Shown piece by piece: positions 47,736 to 57,982 of a stretch of DNA of 64,000 nt. Made by a program: the position numbers and the translations under genes. Within the stretch, counting starts at the first letter, position 1; each line of letters starts with the position of its first letter. The notes below the pieces were generated by a model, which did no database searches, had not been told where the DNA came from, and saw nothing but the letters and a program-made list of their open reading frames with translations. Source of the stretch: Pirellulales bacterium (GTDB taxonomy: Bacteria; Planctomycetota; Planctomycetia; Pirellulales; PALSA-1355); assembly GCA_963733035.1 (NCBI GenBank), contig CAVTBU010000005.1, positions 2,922,951 to 2,986,950 of the forward strand, read 5' to 3'.

Positions 47736-48614
47736 TTAGGCCTCGTTTTCCAGCAGTTTTCTGGCCCGAGCCAGGGCTTCCTGGCCGGCCCGATCCAGTT
47801 CAGGATAGCTGAGATTCATCGATTCCAGCTTGCGGGTGATGACGTCGGCCACGACCATTCGGGTGAACCATTTGCGGTCGGCCGGAACGATGTACCAGGG
47901 GTTCTCCTTGGTGCTGGTGTGGCTCAGCATGTCCTCAAAAGCGTGTTGGTAATCGTCCCAGAATGCCCGCTCACGGACGTCCGACTCGGAGAACTTCCAG
48001 TTTTTGTCGGCCGAGTCGAGCCGCGCCAGAAAACGCTGCCGCTGCTCTTCGTTGGACAGATGCAAGAAGAATTTGAGGACCTCGATGCCGTTCTCGCCGA
48101 GATACTGTTCGAAGTTGTTGATATCGCGATAGCGGGTCGGCCACAGGTTTTCCCGCTTCTTCGAGGAATGTATATGCTCTTGCCCGAGCAATTCCGGATG
48201 TACGCGGACGACAAGCACTTCTTCGTAGTAAGAGCGGTTAAAAATGCCGATCTTGCCACGTTCAGGCAGTGCCCGCGAATAGCGCCACATGTAATCGTGA
48301 TCGAGCTCCTCGGCCGAAGGAACCTTAAAGCTTTTGACGTCGCAGCCGGCCGGATTGACACCCGACATGACGTGCCTGACGGTGCCGTCCTTGCCACAGG
48401 CGTCAATGCCCTGCAGCACGATCAACAATGCGTACACGTTTTGCGCATACAGTTTCGCCTGCAGGTCGGTCATTTTTGCCACGTCGTCCGCCAGCTTTTG
48501 CTGCACTTGCGCCTTGTCGACGAAAGGCTCCGTCTGGTCGGTGGCATAGTCCGACAGGTGAACCGAAGTGCCAGGCGGCACGCGAAAGCGATCGAAGTCC
48601 CCTGCGGATTTCAT
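47736..48614 (-). CDS. ppk2: polyphosphate kinase 2 family protein (class III-like)
   Basis: LQGIDACGKDG, FKVPSAEELDHDY, FNRSYYEEVL, KNWKFSESD, PWYIVPADRKW. Confidence 0.93.
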   Translation of the reverse strand: MKSAGDFDRFRVPPGTSVHLSDYATDQTEPFVDKAQVQQKLADDVAKMTDLQAKLYAQNVYALLIVLQGIDACGKDGTVRHVMSGVNPAGCDVKSFKVPSAEELDHDYMWRYSRALPERGKIGIFNRSYYEEVLVVRVHPELLGQEHIHSSKKRENLWPTRYRDINNFEQYLGENGIEVLKFFLHLSNEEQRQRFLARLDSADKNWKFSESDVRERAFWDDYQHAFEDMLSHTSTKENPWYIVPADRKWFTRMVVADVITRKLESMNLSYPELDRAGQEALARARKLLENEA

Positions 48615-49588
48615 AGGTCCTCCGGTACAAGTGTTGCCCCGCGGGTAGTCAGTCTTGTCCAGGCTTGGTGCGAATCGGCGGGACGTGGCGGCGAAAACCG
48701 ATCTGGATGAAACAGGTGCGCCAGGATTTCCAAGCTATCCACCAGCCGCGGGCCGGAACGATTGAAATACGCATTGCCGTCGGCGGCGAAGACGTGCCCA
48801 CTACGAACGGCCGAAAGCTTGGCCCATTGCGGCACGGTGGCCAAGACCTGCGCCTCGGCGACGGCTCGTTCAAGATTGAAACCGCAGGGAACAATTACAA
48901 TCACGTCGGGATCAAAGCGTGCAATCTCCGCCCAATCGGCGTATGTACTGTGGTGCCCATCGATATCCTGGCCATCGTTCCCGCCGGCCCAGGCAACGAG
49001 CTCGGGCATCCAATTGGCGGCCAGCATGGGCGGGTCGATCCACTCCAAGCACGCCACGCGCGGTCGCTGCGCGGGGGTTAGCTTCTCCGTGTGGCGACGA
49101 ACTCGCGCGACGCGCGCTTCGAGATTGGCGACGACCGCCGCGGCGCGTTGCTCGTCACCCGTCGCGGCACCAATACGTCGAATATCGCTGAGCACGTCAT
49201 TGAGTCGGCTTGGATTCAGCGCCAACACCTGGGTGTTCGTGAGTGCGGGTGACTCGCGGACCGTGGCGACAACGTCCTCGTAGCGTACCGCGCACACATC
49301 ACATTGCGCTTGCGTGACGATCAGGTCAGGGGCGAGACGGTTGAGGAGCTCGACGTCAATTTCATAGAGAGCGGACTGCTGCATGGTCAGCCCGCGAACC
49401 TGTTCGTCGATCGCGCGGCTCGGGGCCGACGCTTGGATCAGAGATTTTGTCAGCCGCGGCTTGCCGGCAATCTCACGGGGGAAGTCGCACTCATGGCTGA
49501 CGCCTACGACTAGATCTCCCAACCCCAGTAAGTAGAGGATTTCGGTTGCACTTGAGATCAGCGATGCGATGCGTCGAGGTTGGCTCAT
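48611..49588 (-). CDS. BtuF-like (cobalamin/Fe-siderophore binding fold) protein lacking a signal peptide
   Basis: RIASLISSATEIL, VSHECDFP, QCDVCAV, EWIDP, PCGF, DGNAYFNRSGPRL. Confidence 0.85.
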   Translation of the reverse strand: MSQPRRIASLISSATEILYLLGLGDLVVGVSHECDFPREIAGKPRLTKSLIQASAPSRAIDEQVRGLTMQQSALYEIDVELLNRLAPDLIVTQAQCDVCAVRYEDVVATVRESPALTNTQVLALNPSRLNDVLSDIRRIGAATGDEQRAAAVVANLEARVARVRRHTEKLTPAQRPRVACLEWIDPPMLAANWMPELVAWAGGNDGQDIDGHHSTYADWAEIARFDPDVIVIVPCGFNLERAVAEAQVLATVPQWAKLSAVRSGHVFAADGNAYFNRSGPRLVDSLEILAHLFHPDRFSPPRPADSHQAWTRLTTRGATLVPEDL

Positions 49589-49673
49589 GCCGCGCAGCTT
49601 ACCGCCGACTCAGGCGCGGCTCAAGAGTGGCCCACAATCATTCCGGGCGGTTGACCATGGGTTGCCGACTGGC

Positions 49674-49839
49674 CTAACTGTTCGTTGAGAAATGCCTTCC
49701 TGGCATTTCTCAACCTCGCGAAGTGCGGAGCCAAGCTCCGCACCGCTCGCGAAATAACGACTTACGTACTTACGTCCGTTATTTCGTCATCGCATCCAGG
49801 AGATGACGCAGCCAGTTGATTTTTTCAACAGTCTGCTAA
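49674..49839. mobile_element. MITE/REP-like multi-hairpin element
   Basis: Imperfect terminal inverted repeats (CTAACTGTTCGTTGAGAAA ... TTTTTCAACAGTCTGCTAA) enclosing four hairpins. Confidence 0.6.
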
Positions 49840-49899
49840 CCTTAAGTGTGCTCGCCCGTGGCGTCATCCCTCGAACCCGGACAAGAAAGAAGTCGAACC

Positions 49900-51313
49900 A
49901 TGAAAATGTTCCTCGCCGGTCAGTGGGTCGACAAATCCGATCGGATTGAAGTTCGCAATCCGTACGACGGTACGGTCGTCGACACGGTGCCCAAGGCCGA
50001 TCTCGGCGACGTGGATCGCGCGCTGAACGGGGCCGTCGACGGCGCGCGGGTGATGCGCGAATTGCCGGGTTACGAACGATCCAAGATCTTGCGCCGCGCC
50101 GCGGAACTCCTCGGTCAACGGATTGACAAGCTGGGCCGGCTCATCAGCACGGAAGAAGGCAAGACGCTGGCCGAAGGAGTATTTGAAGTGTCTCGCGCAA
50201 GAGACGCTCGAACTGTCTGCCGACGAGGCTAAGCGGCTGGGCGGAGAAGTGCTACCGTTGGATGGCGCTCCTGGAGGCGCTGGCCGGCTCGGTTTTACGC
50301 TGCGCGTGCCTTGCGGAGTCGTGGCGGCGATTTCACCATTCAATTTTCCGTTGAATCTCGTTTGCCATAAAGTCGGTCCCGCGTTGGCGGCCGGCAACGC
50401 CGTAGTCGTCAAGCCAGCCAGCGATACGCCGCTTTCGGCGCTTGCGCTTGTTGAGATTCTGCTGGAGGCCGGTCTTCCCGCCGAAGCGATAGCCTGCGTC
50501 ACGGGTTCCGGCGGCACGATTGGCAATGCCTTGGCCAGCGATCGTCGTGTGCGGAAAATCAGCTTTACCGGCAGCCGCGACGTCGGCGAACAGATTTGCA
50601 GAGTCGCGGGCCTCAAGAAGGTGACCATGGAGCTGGGGTCCAACAGTCCGATCATCGTGATGCCCGACGCCGATTTGAACAAAGTAGCCGAGGCCACGGT
50701 TGCAACGGGCTATTCGAATGCCGGCCAGGTATGCATCTCCACCCAGCGAGTGATCGCCTTCGACCAGGTATATGGCGACCTGATTGACGTATTGGGGCCC
50801 AAGGTGGCCGCGATTGCGACGGGCAATCCTCTCGACGCGAAGACGAAAATGGGACCAATGGTTCGCGAGTCTGACGCCAAACGGGTCGGTGAATGGATCG
50901 ACGAGGCCATTGCCGGCGGAGCCAAGCTGGTCACCGGCGGCAAGCGCAACGGAACCGTCTACGAACCGACGTTGCTGACCGACGTTGATTCCTCGATGCG
51001 AGTCAGCCAGCAGGAATTGTTTGGGCCGGCGGTCGTCGTGTCCAAGGCGACCTCCATTGAAGACGCCATTCGCCTGGCCAACGATACTCCCTATGGACTG
51101 GCGGCGGGTATCTTTACCGAAAATATCAATCATGCGATGCAGTTCGCCCGGCATGTCGACAGCGGCAACCTGCACATCAATTGGGGACCGCAGTGGCGCG
51201 CGGATCTGATGCCCTATGGTGGACTCAAGGAGAGCGGCTTTGGCAAGGAAGGGCCCAAGTACGCAGTTGCCGAGATGACCGAGCTGAAGGCCGTTGTCAT
51301 CCACGGCGTATAG
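49900..51313 (+). CDS. aldehyde dehydrogenase family protein (frameshift near 50197)
   Basis: SPFNFP, KPAS, FTGS, ELGSNSP, NAGQVCIS, ELFGP, PYGGLKESGFGKEG. Confidence 0.93.
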
Positions 51314-51433
51314 GCCGTGGCCCGCCTCGCGGGCGGCCGCTTCAGGGCGGCAACCGCTGCATGTCTCGAGTCCTGCAGCGGCATGGGCTATGGCGAATCG
51401 ACCAGCAAGATCCACCTGGAGACGAGGCTGGCG

Positions 51434-53005
51434 TTACGGGTTCGACTGCGTAGGATCGCTCGCCTCGGCCTCAGCTTTGTCCGTGTCGGCCGGTTTGATG
51501 TCCCCCTCCCCGTGATAGATCTCGTCTTTATCCAGCACGTCTTGCAACACAAAGGGTTCGGGAAATTTCTGGTCGAGTTGGTTGAGCAGGTTCTGGTAGT
51601 GCTTGATCGAATCCATCAATTCATCAACGGTGCCGGAATGCTCGAGCAGGTCCGGGTGCGCGTCGAGTACCATCCTCCAGCCCTTCAGGCCCTCGTCGTA
51701 TAACTCCTTGGCTTCGATGACCTGGGCACGAACGAAGGCGTCGTCGGCGTCGTGGAGAAGCTTGCGAGCGGAGAGAGCTTGCTCGGTGGGTTCGACTTCG
51801 CAGCGCAGCTTCCAGTAATTGTAGTTGACGATTCCGCGATCGATATCAATCAAGTTCGCAATCTCGTCGGCGTAGGTCGCCTCTTGCGCGGCCTGCAGGG
51901 CTTTGGCGCGTTCCGGACCTTGAATGCGGTCAGCGATTTCGAGGTGCCGGACGGCCAGCTCACGGGCCATCATTGCCGCCATTTGTGCTTGTTCTGGAGT
52001 GCGGTCGTCGGGCGACATTTCGTAAATCTCGCGCGACTCCTCAGGAAGCGAGGCGACTTTTTCAGCCAGGATTTTCTCGGCGAGACCCTCAGGCGTTACC
52101 TTCGCCAGTTCGGCCTGGGCCCGCTTTGACTTATCCTGATAGCTTTCCATTTCGCTGAGTCGTGCGAAGGTATTCATGCGAGTAGGAAGGTCGCGGTTCG
52201 AGTACTCGGTCCAGGCGTTCGCCGCTTTGCGCCACGCGTCCTTGGCCACTTCGCCGAAGACACCGTCCTCTTCGATCGCCTCGGCGTAGTTGATCAAACA
52301 CATGACTGGGTGTGAATAGAACAACAAGGGAGACTCGCCGCGCAAGGGAACTCCCTTGGCCACGGTATCTTGTGCCTTGAGCAGCCATTCGCGCCCGACG
52401 AGCCAGTTGTCGCGCTGCGTTTTCGGGCGGTCGCCGTGAAAGTCGTCATCTTCGCGGAAAAGCTGCCGGAAAAGCACTTTCTCGTCCGCGCGGCCGATCT
52501 TGTTGCCGAGCGTGTAGCCGATCTTCGACAACAGCCTTGGTTCGTCGGTATTGTACTGAGCCCCTTCCTTGAGGAAGTCAACGCCGCGGATGACCCAATA
52601 GTAACGATCGTGGTAGTCGTCGAACTCGACCGAGATATTGTAGGAGAGGTTCCAGCCCTGGAAGATCCAGACGCTGACGAAATTTGGCTGCAGCCTGGCG
52701 ATTTGCTCGAGCGTTGCCGAGAGATTGACCCAGTCTTCGTTCTTCTTGTATTCGTTGGCCTTGTCCCACAGCAAATTGGCGGCCACGCCGCGCATCCCGA
52801 GCGTTGCGAGCTTGATCGTTTCGCTTGCCGGGTCAATCTCGCCCAACTGGGCCTGGCCGAGGGAGTACTCCTTGCGCAGCTGAGCAAGTCGGCCACCATC
52901 GGCTTCGGTCGTTTGTGGCTGGCTGAGCCAGGACAGAGGCAAGAGCAACGCGGCAATGATGCAGGCATAGATGATCTTGCGAATAAATCGTTGTCGTTGG
53001 TTCAT
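51434..53005 (-). CDS. membrane-anchored helical (TPR-like) protein, third gene of the ABC operon
   Basis: N-terminal TM; LQPNFVSVWIFQGWNLSYNISVEFDD; ATGA overlap with the permease. Confidence 0.8.
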   Translation of the reverse strand: MNQRQRFIRKIIYACIIAALLLPLSWLSQPQTTEADGGRLAQLRKEYSLGQAQLGEIDPASETIKLATLGMRGVAANLLWDKANEYKKNEDWVNLSATLEQIARLQPNFVSVWIFQGWNLSYNISVEFDDYHDRYYWVIRGVDFLKEGAQYNTDEPRLLSKIGYTLGNKIGRADEKVLFRQLFREDDDFHGDRPKTQRDNWLVGREWLLKAQDTVAKGVPLRGESPLLFYSHPVMCLINYAEAIEEDGVFGEVAKDAWRKAANAWTEYSNRDLPTRMNTFARLSEMESYQDKSKRAQAELAKVTPEGLAEKILAEKVASLPEESREIYEMSPDDRTPEQAQMAAMMARELAVRHLEIADRIQGPERAKALQAAQEATYADEIANLIDIDRGIVNYNYWKLRCEVEPTEQALSARKLLHDADDAFVRAQVIEAKELYDEGLKGWRMVLDAHPDLLEHSGTVDELMDSIKHYQNLLNQLDQKFPEPFVLQDVLDKDEIYHGEGDIKPADTDKAEAEASDPTQSNP

Positions 53006-54792
53006 CGAGCCACCTCACGCGTTCTCATGAAGAAATATCCGATGACGAAAACGGCGGCCACGTAGCCCAGGCATGTGAAGACCTGCACCAGGACCAGATC
53101 CGACGGCACGTCGAATCCGTGGGCGACGTATTCGACGGTGTCGAACTTGGCGAAGTCGGGCAACAAGCTGGCCACGGCGGTCATGATGGCCATGAACGTG
53201 CTATCGGCCGCCTTGACCACGTCAGTCGTCAAGCCGGGTTCAAACTGCGTGGTGACGTTCATCTGCTTGATCGTGCGAATGAACGACTCGACGGGACCGC
53301 CGCCTTCAACCGTGCCTTGGGCAACGCCGAAAATGAAGTCGGTATTAAGTCCTAACAGGAGCGCGGCCAATGTGGCGAGCATGGCCACCGGTCCGCTCAA
53401 GAACGTGCTGAACATAACGCCGAACGCCGTTACCAACAGCATTCGCACCCAGATACCCAAATAACCTTTGACAAAGTTTCCCGTGAACGAAGCGTCGCGC
53501 GCTCGTAGATACAAGTCGGCCGGGGCCATGCCAAAATACTGCCCGCTGTCGAGACATTGCAACTCGACTTCCAACTCGCCATCGGGAGCCAAGTCCTCGA
53601 AGAGGTCAATGGTCTGGCCGTTCGAGCCGCGGAGCTTTCGCTCGATGCGCAACTGATCGATCGTCATGTCTTTGGCTTCGAACAACTCGGGAGTGCTTTC
53701 GATGCCCGTGTTGCGAGGATTCCGCAGAATCAGGCTGCCGCGAATGCCCTCGCGCATGTTGCCCTTGTGCGAGCGGAACACGCGAATAATCATTTCGATT
53801 GGCAGACCGTCAGGGTAGCGTTCCGGTGTAATTCCGTTGAAGTCCCAAACGGCGGAGGCCAGTGTGGCGCCCTCGATAAAGCTGCGACGTTTTGACTCTT
53901 TGCCGACGCTGACGCCGCGAGACCTGGCCGCTCCGCTCCGATCTTTGAAGCGCAGGTTGCCATATTCCGGCACGCGGGCCATAAGCATATCTTGCGGCGG
54001 ACCAACCGCGTAGCTGACGTTGTCGCCGTCTTGCTTGCGGTCAATGGTATGCCAGTGACCGTTGACGACGTCGGTCGCGCCTTTGCCTTCCGCGTCGATC
54101 GTCAGCTTGTGACGATGGCTCTGTTCCAGCGAGGTGCGTCCCGACAGTTCATTCGACGCTCCGACGACTTCCGCGAGCGACGCGATTTCGACCTCGTGCG
54201 TGTGATTGAGCAGCCGCACGACAAAGAAGTAGCTAAAGATGCCCATGATCACCAGCATCAGCGAGCCGATCACCGAAAACCCAAGAATTCGCCCGAGAAT
54301 GATCTCGCCCGGGCGAACTGGCTTGGTGACGATGGTGTAGATCGTTTTGTTCTTGATGTCGGCCGGCAGGCTGAAAACGCTGAGGAACAGCGCCATCAGC
54401 AGCACGAGGTACGTGGTGGCCGTGAGTACAAAACTAAGATAGAGCGTGGCTGGATCGGTGGTTCTCGTATCGAGAAACCAGCCTGCGAACAACAGGATGA
54501 GCAGAAACACACCAAAGCCGACGAGCACGCGCCGGCGCAGCGACTCTTGAATCGCCAGCCAGGCAAGTGCCAACACGCGCCGCGGCGATATCGAGAACAG
54601 GTCGCCGAGCCCGCGCTTGATCATCCGAAACGTGATATCGCCGGCAGCCAGCGGACCATAGCGGAACGCAGCAATAAGAAAGCCGCCGACCAGGGCCACA
54701 ATGCCGAGGACGGCCGCCATTTGCACGAAAAAAAGCAGGGCCGGCCAAATCCAATCAGCAAACGGGATGGGCTCGGATTCGAGTTGAAACAT
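53002..54792 (-). CDS. ABC transporter permease with large extracytoplasmic domain
   Basis: LAIQESLRRR, LPADIKNKTIYTIVTKPVRPGEIILGR, ends FMRTREVAR. Confidence 0.88.
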   Translation of the reverse strand: MFQLESEPIPFADWIWPALLFFVQMAAVLGIVALVGGFLIAAFRYGPLAAGDITFRMIKRGLGDLFSISPRRVLALAWLAIQESLRRRVLVGFGVFLLILLFAGWFLDTRTTDPATLYLSFVLTATTYLVLLMALFLSVFSLPADIKNKTIYTIVTKPVRPGEIILGRILGFSVIGSLMLVIMGIFSYFFVVRLLNHTHEVEIASLAEVVGASNELSGRTSLEQSHRHKLTIDAEGKGATDVVNGHWHTIDRKQDGDNVSYAVGPPQDMLMARVPEYGNLRFKDRSGAARSRGVSVGKESKRRSFIEGATLASAVWDFNGITPERYPDGLPIEMIIRVFRSHKGNMREGIRGSLILRNPRNTGIESTPELFEAKDMTIDQLRIERKLRGSNGQTIDLFEDLAPDGELEVELQCLDSGQYFGMAPADLYLRARDASFTGNFVKGYLGIWVRMLLVTAFGVMFSTFLSGPVAMLATLAALLLGLNTDFIFGVAQGTVEGGGPVESFIRTIKQMNVTTQFEPGLTTDVVKAADSTFMAIMTAVASLLPDFAKFDTVEYVAHGFDVPSDLVLVQVFTCLGYVAAVFVIGYFFMRTREVAR

Positions 54793-54853
54793 AACAGACT
54801 ACAGGCGATTTCGTGGGGGCGGTCGGGAGGCGAAAGGGCCGAATCGGCCCCAC

Positions 54854-55744
54854 TTACGAATCTGGATCTTGTTTGGCGCGGCGGCCTGGCCGGGCTTCGC
54901 TGTCGCGCACGATCGAAAGGAACAGGTCTTCCAGCGTCGTGGTCGGGTTGTCCATCGTCAGCACGGAGCCGTGATGGCGTTCAATGACGGCGCGAATTTC
55001 ACTCTGGGCTTCGGCCGAAAGCCCCTTGGCGCGAATCTCGGTTTCATCGCGAACCTTGAGCAGACTATCGACCCGGCCAAGTTCCTTGAGCTCTCCCTGA
55101 TGCAAAATCGCAATCCGGTCGCAAACATCCTGCACGTCGGCCAGCAAATGGCTGCTCATGAGCACCGTTTTGCCCTGCGCTTTGAGACGCAGAATGAGAT
55201 CTTTGATCTCGCGGGTGCCAATCGGATCCAGTCCGCTGGTCGGTTCGTCAAGCATGATCAATTCAGGATCGTTGATCAGCGCTTGAGCCAGGCCGATGCG
55301 ACGCGCCATTCCCTTGGAATACTCCTTGAGTTGGCGTCGCTTGTCTTTGTTCAGGCCGACCAGAGTGATGAGTTCCGCCGCCCGTTCCTTGCGGAGTTTG
55401 GCCGGCATGTCGAACAGGCGGCCATAAAAGTCGAGCGTCTCTTCGGCGTTCAAAAATCGGTACAGATACGACTCTTCCGGAAGGTAGCCCAGTCGCTCAT
55501 TTTTTGAGACGTCCGTGGCATCTTTGCCGAAAACCAGCGCCTGGCCACTCGTGGGAAATAGCAGGCCTAGCAGGAGTTTGATGGTGGTAGTTTTTCCAGA
55601 GCCATTCGGGCCGAGCAGTCCAAAAATCTCACCCTGGCGAATTTCCAGGTCGAGCGCTCGCAGCGCCCGCACCTTCTGGCGACCCCAGAAATCGCGGTAA
55701 ACCTTGCTGAGGTTTCGCGTTTCGACGACAACGTCGGGCGACAT
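54854..55744 (-). CDS. ABC transporter ATP-binding protein
   Basis: [22 protein letters not shown] signature, [13 protein letters not shown]. Confidence 0.95.
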   Translation of the reverse strand: MSPDVVVETRNLSKVYRDFWGRQKVRALRALDLEIRQGEIFGLLGPNGSGKTTTIKLLLGLLFPTSGQALVFGKDATDVSKNERLGYLPEESYLYRFLNAEETLDFYGRLFDMPAKLRKERAAELITLVGLNKDKRRQLKEYSKGMARRIGLAQALINDPELIMLDEPTSGLDPIGTREIKDLILRLKAQGKTVLMSSHLLADVQDVCDRIAILHQGELKELGRVDSLLKVRDETEIRAKGLSAEAQSEIRAVIERHHGSVLTMDNPTTTLEDLFLSIVRDSEARPGRRAKQDPDS

Positions 55745-55906
55745 GCAGTTTCCTTCGAGGTGGGGTAGCGCGGGCGGTGGAATCCGCGAAACCGGGAACT
55801 TTTGTGGGCAAAGCTAGCCGCGACGGTATCTGAATAGAATCGGCAGCCCGTGGAAATCCAACGGCGAAGAGAATTGCCGCCTGTTTCCCTAATGGACCCA
55901 ACGTCC

Positions 55907-55933
55907 GATACGTCGCAACCGAGTCGAAAGTTC
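55907..55933 (-). promoter_or_regulatory. candidate ECF sigma promoter for the ABC operon
   Basis: Minus strand GAACTT-N16-GTATC. Confidence 0.3.
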
Positions 55934-56269
55934 ACCCGGCCAAGTGTCCGCGCGGCTCTCTTTTGCCCAATCCAATGAGGGTAAAACATTTACTATACAC
56001 CAGCGGCAAAAAGACTTGCAAGCGAACAACGAGCCGGGCGGCAGGCGCGAATTCGGCTACTGGTCGGCTTAGTCGGAATGTGCGGGCGGGGGGCTGGCCG
56101 AACCGGATGGCGATCGTTGCGGGGCCACCCCGGTTTGGGGCGTTGGGAGACAAGACTTCCCGGAGCCGTTCGAGTAAACTTCAGCGTTCGGGCAGACAGC
56201 ACCACGAACTCCCGCCCGCCGCCGATGCGGACCGGGGGGTAGTCGAGCGGCACCTTCTTTTAGCGGCAA

Positions 56270-57706
56270 ATGCAATCGCCAGGGCAACTCGAAGACAACG
56301 TGGCGCTCGAGTTTCTGACCAGCCGCATCGACTACGAACGCGCTCTGGCAGTTCCCTATGGGGATCGTGACTTTCGGCTCGATCGGATGCGCGAACTGCT
56401 CGCTCGACTGGGCAACCCTCAACGGCAACTCAAGATCGTGCACATTGCCGGCACCAAAGGGAAAGGCTCGACGGCCGCCATGTTGGCGGGCATGCTTTCG
56501 GCCGCTGGTTATCGTACAGGACTCTACAGCTCGCCGCACATGGATCGTGTCGAGGAACGCCTGACGGTTGATGGTCGAGCCTGCCCGGCGGACGTACTTG
56601 GCGAGCTGATCGCCGCAGTGCGTCCAGCGGTCGACGCGATCGACAGCAAGAAATCGGACGGTCCACTCGAGGCGACGCCGACGACCTACTTCGAAATCGT
56701 GACAGCCCTGGCCCTGTTGTACTTTGCTCGGCAACAAGTCGACGCAACGGTGCTCGAAGTTGGCATGGGGGGGCGGCTGGATTCTACCAACGTCTGCGAG
56801 CCCTTGGTGTCGGTGATCACGAGCATTAGCTTTGACCACACGCAACAACTCGGTACCACGTTGGCGGCGATTGCCGGAGAAAAGGCCGGCATCATCAAGC
56901 AGGGCGTGCCGGTTGTAAGCGGCGTGCTCAATTCCGAACCGCGCGACGTGATTGCCCAGACGGCTCGCGCCAAAGCCTGCCGATTGATCGAGCTGGGACG
57001 TGACTTCTCGTTTGTCCATCGGCCGGCGTTGCATCTGGAGAGCGCGGCAAGCCGAGCAGAGTTGGATTTTGAGTACGGCGTCGATCCGTCTCAAAACCTG
57101 CAAAACGCGCGACTTTCGCTCGTGGGGCACCACCAAGGAGAAAATGCGGCCGTGGCTTTGGCGACCCTGGCAGAACTGCGACGGCAAGGGTTTAACGTCT
57201 CGAGGGAAGCGGCTCGGCAGGGCCTGCGCGAGGTTCGCTGGCCGGCACGGATTGAAGTGTTACGCCGCAGGCCAACAATCGTTCTCGACGCGGCCCATAA
57301 TGTCGCGTCGGTTCAGGCACTCTTGCAGGTGCTCCGAGAGAGCTTTGCTTCATCGCGTCGGCTGCTGGTGTTTGCCACGACGCGCGACAAAGATTTGCGC
57401 GGCATGTTGAAACATCTATTGCCAGCCTTTGATGAAGTGATCTTCACGCGTTATTGGAGCAATCCGAGAGGCGTGCCTCCCGAAGAAATTGCAATGGTGG
57501 CAAATGAGATCGCGACCATTCCGCAGCAGGTGTGCATCGATCCGGCGACAAGCTGGCGAGTTGTACAGCAGCGAACTACCGCCGAAGATTTGGTGTGCAT
57601 TGCTGGGTCGTTCTTTATTGCCGCTGAAATGCGGGCCGCGATGGCAGCCGCTGGCACAGCGCTCGGGGACGGTAAGGACCTGACCACCGACACAGCTGAA
57701 ACCTAA
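56270..57706 (+). CDS. folC: folylpolyglutamate synthase/dihydrofolate synthase
   Basis: HIAGTKGKGST, YSSPH, EVGMGGRLDSTN, DHTQQLG, EKAGIIK, WPARIE, DAAHN. Confidence 0.95.
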   Translation: MQSPGQLEDNVALEFLTSRIDYERALAVPYGDRDFRLDRMRELLARLGNPQRQLKIVHIAGTKGKGSTAAMLAGMLSAAGYRTGLYSSPHMDRVEERLTVDGRACPADVLGELIAAVRPAVDAIDSKKSDGPLEATPTTYFEIVTALALLYFARQQVDATVLEVGMGGRLDSTNVCEPLVSVITSISFDHTQQLGTTLAAIAGEKAGIIKQGVPVVSGVLNSEPRDVIAQTARAKACRLIELGRDFSFVHRPALHLESAASRAELDFEYGVDPSQNLQNARLSLVGHHQGENAAVALATLAELRRQGFNVSREAARQGLREVRWPARIEVLRRRPTIVLDAAHNVASVQALLQVLRESFASSRRLLVFATTRDKDLRGMLKHLLPAFDEVIFTRYWSNPRGVPPEEIAMVANEIATIPQQVCIDPATSWRVVQQRTTAEDLVCIAGSFFIAAEMRAAMAAAGTALGDGKDLTTDTAET

Positions 57707-57982
57707 TTGACGGTTCGCCCAAACCTGGAGCAAACGGACTGGCGCTCGACCGCGCGGCCAATTGCGCGGAGACCAGTCGGTTTGCCAAGGGACTTGCCGA
57801 TCATCCTTGTCGAGCGGCGGTGGCAACTCGTTGATGGTGTCGGCGTATCGGTCGCTAGCGTAGGAACCATCTTCAGCAAGCGACGTCCGTTGGAGCTTGG
57901 TGAGCAAAGAGGCGATATAGGGGTCGGCCCAGGGGACGAGATCGTGAAACTCTCGCCGTGCGGGCAGGTAGGGATCGCTCAT
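57703..57982 (-). CDS. small hypothetical protein (3' end uncertain, possible frameshift near 57755)
   Basis: GAGGT RBS-like, MSDPYLPARREFHDLVPWADPYIASLLTKLQ...ELPPPL...WSPRNWP; the uncorrected frame runs into folC. Confidence 0.45.

Noticed and set aside
49589..49899. Cobalamin riboswitch upstream of the BtuF-like gene
   Set aside because: No B12-box or other conserved riboswitch elements seen; the structure fits a MITE-like repeat better
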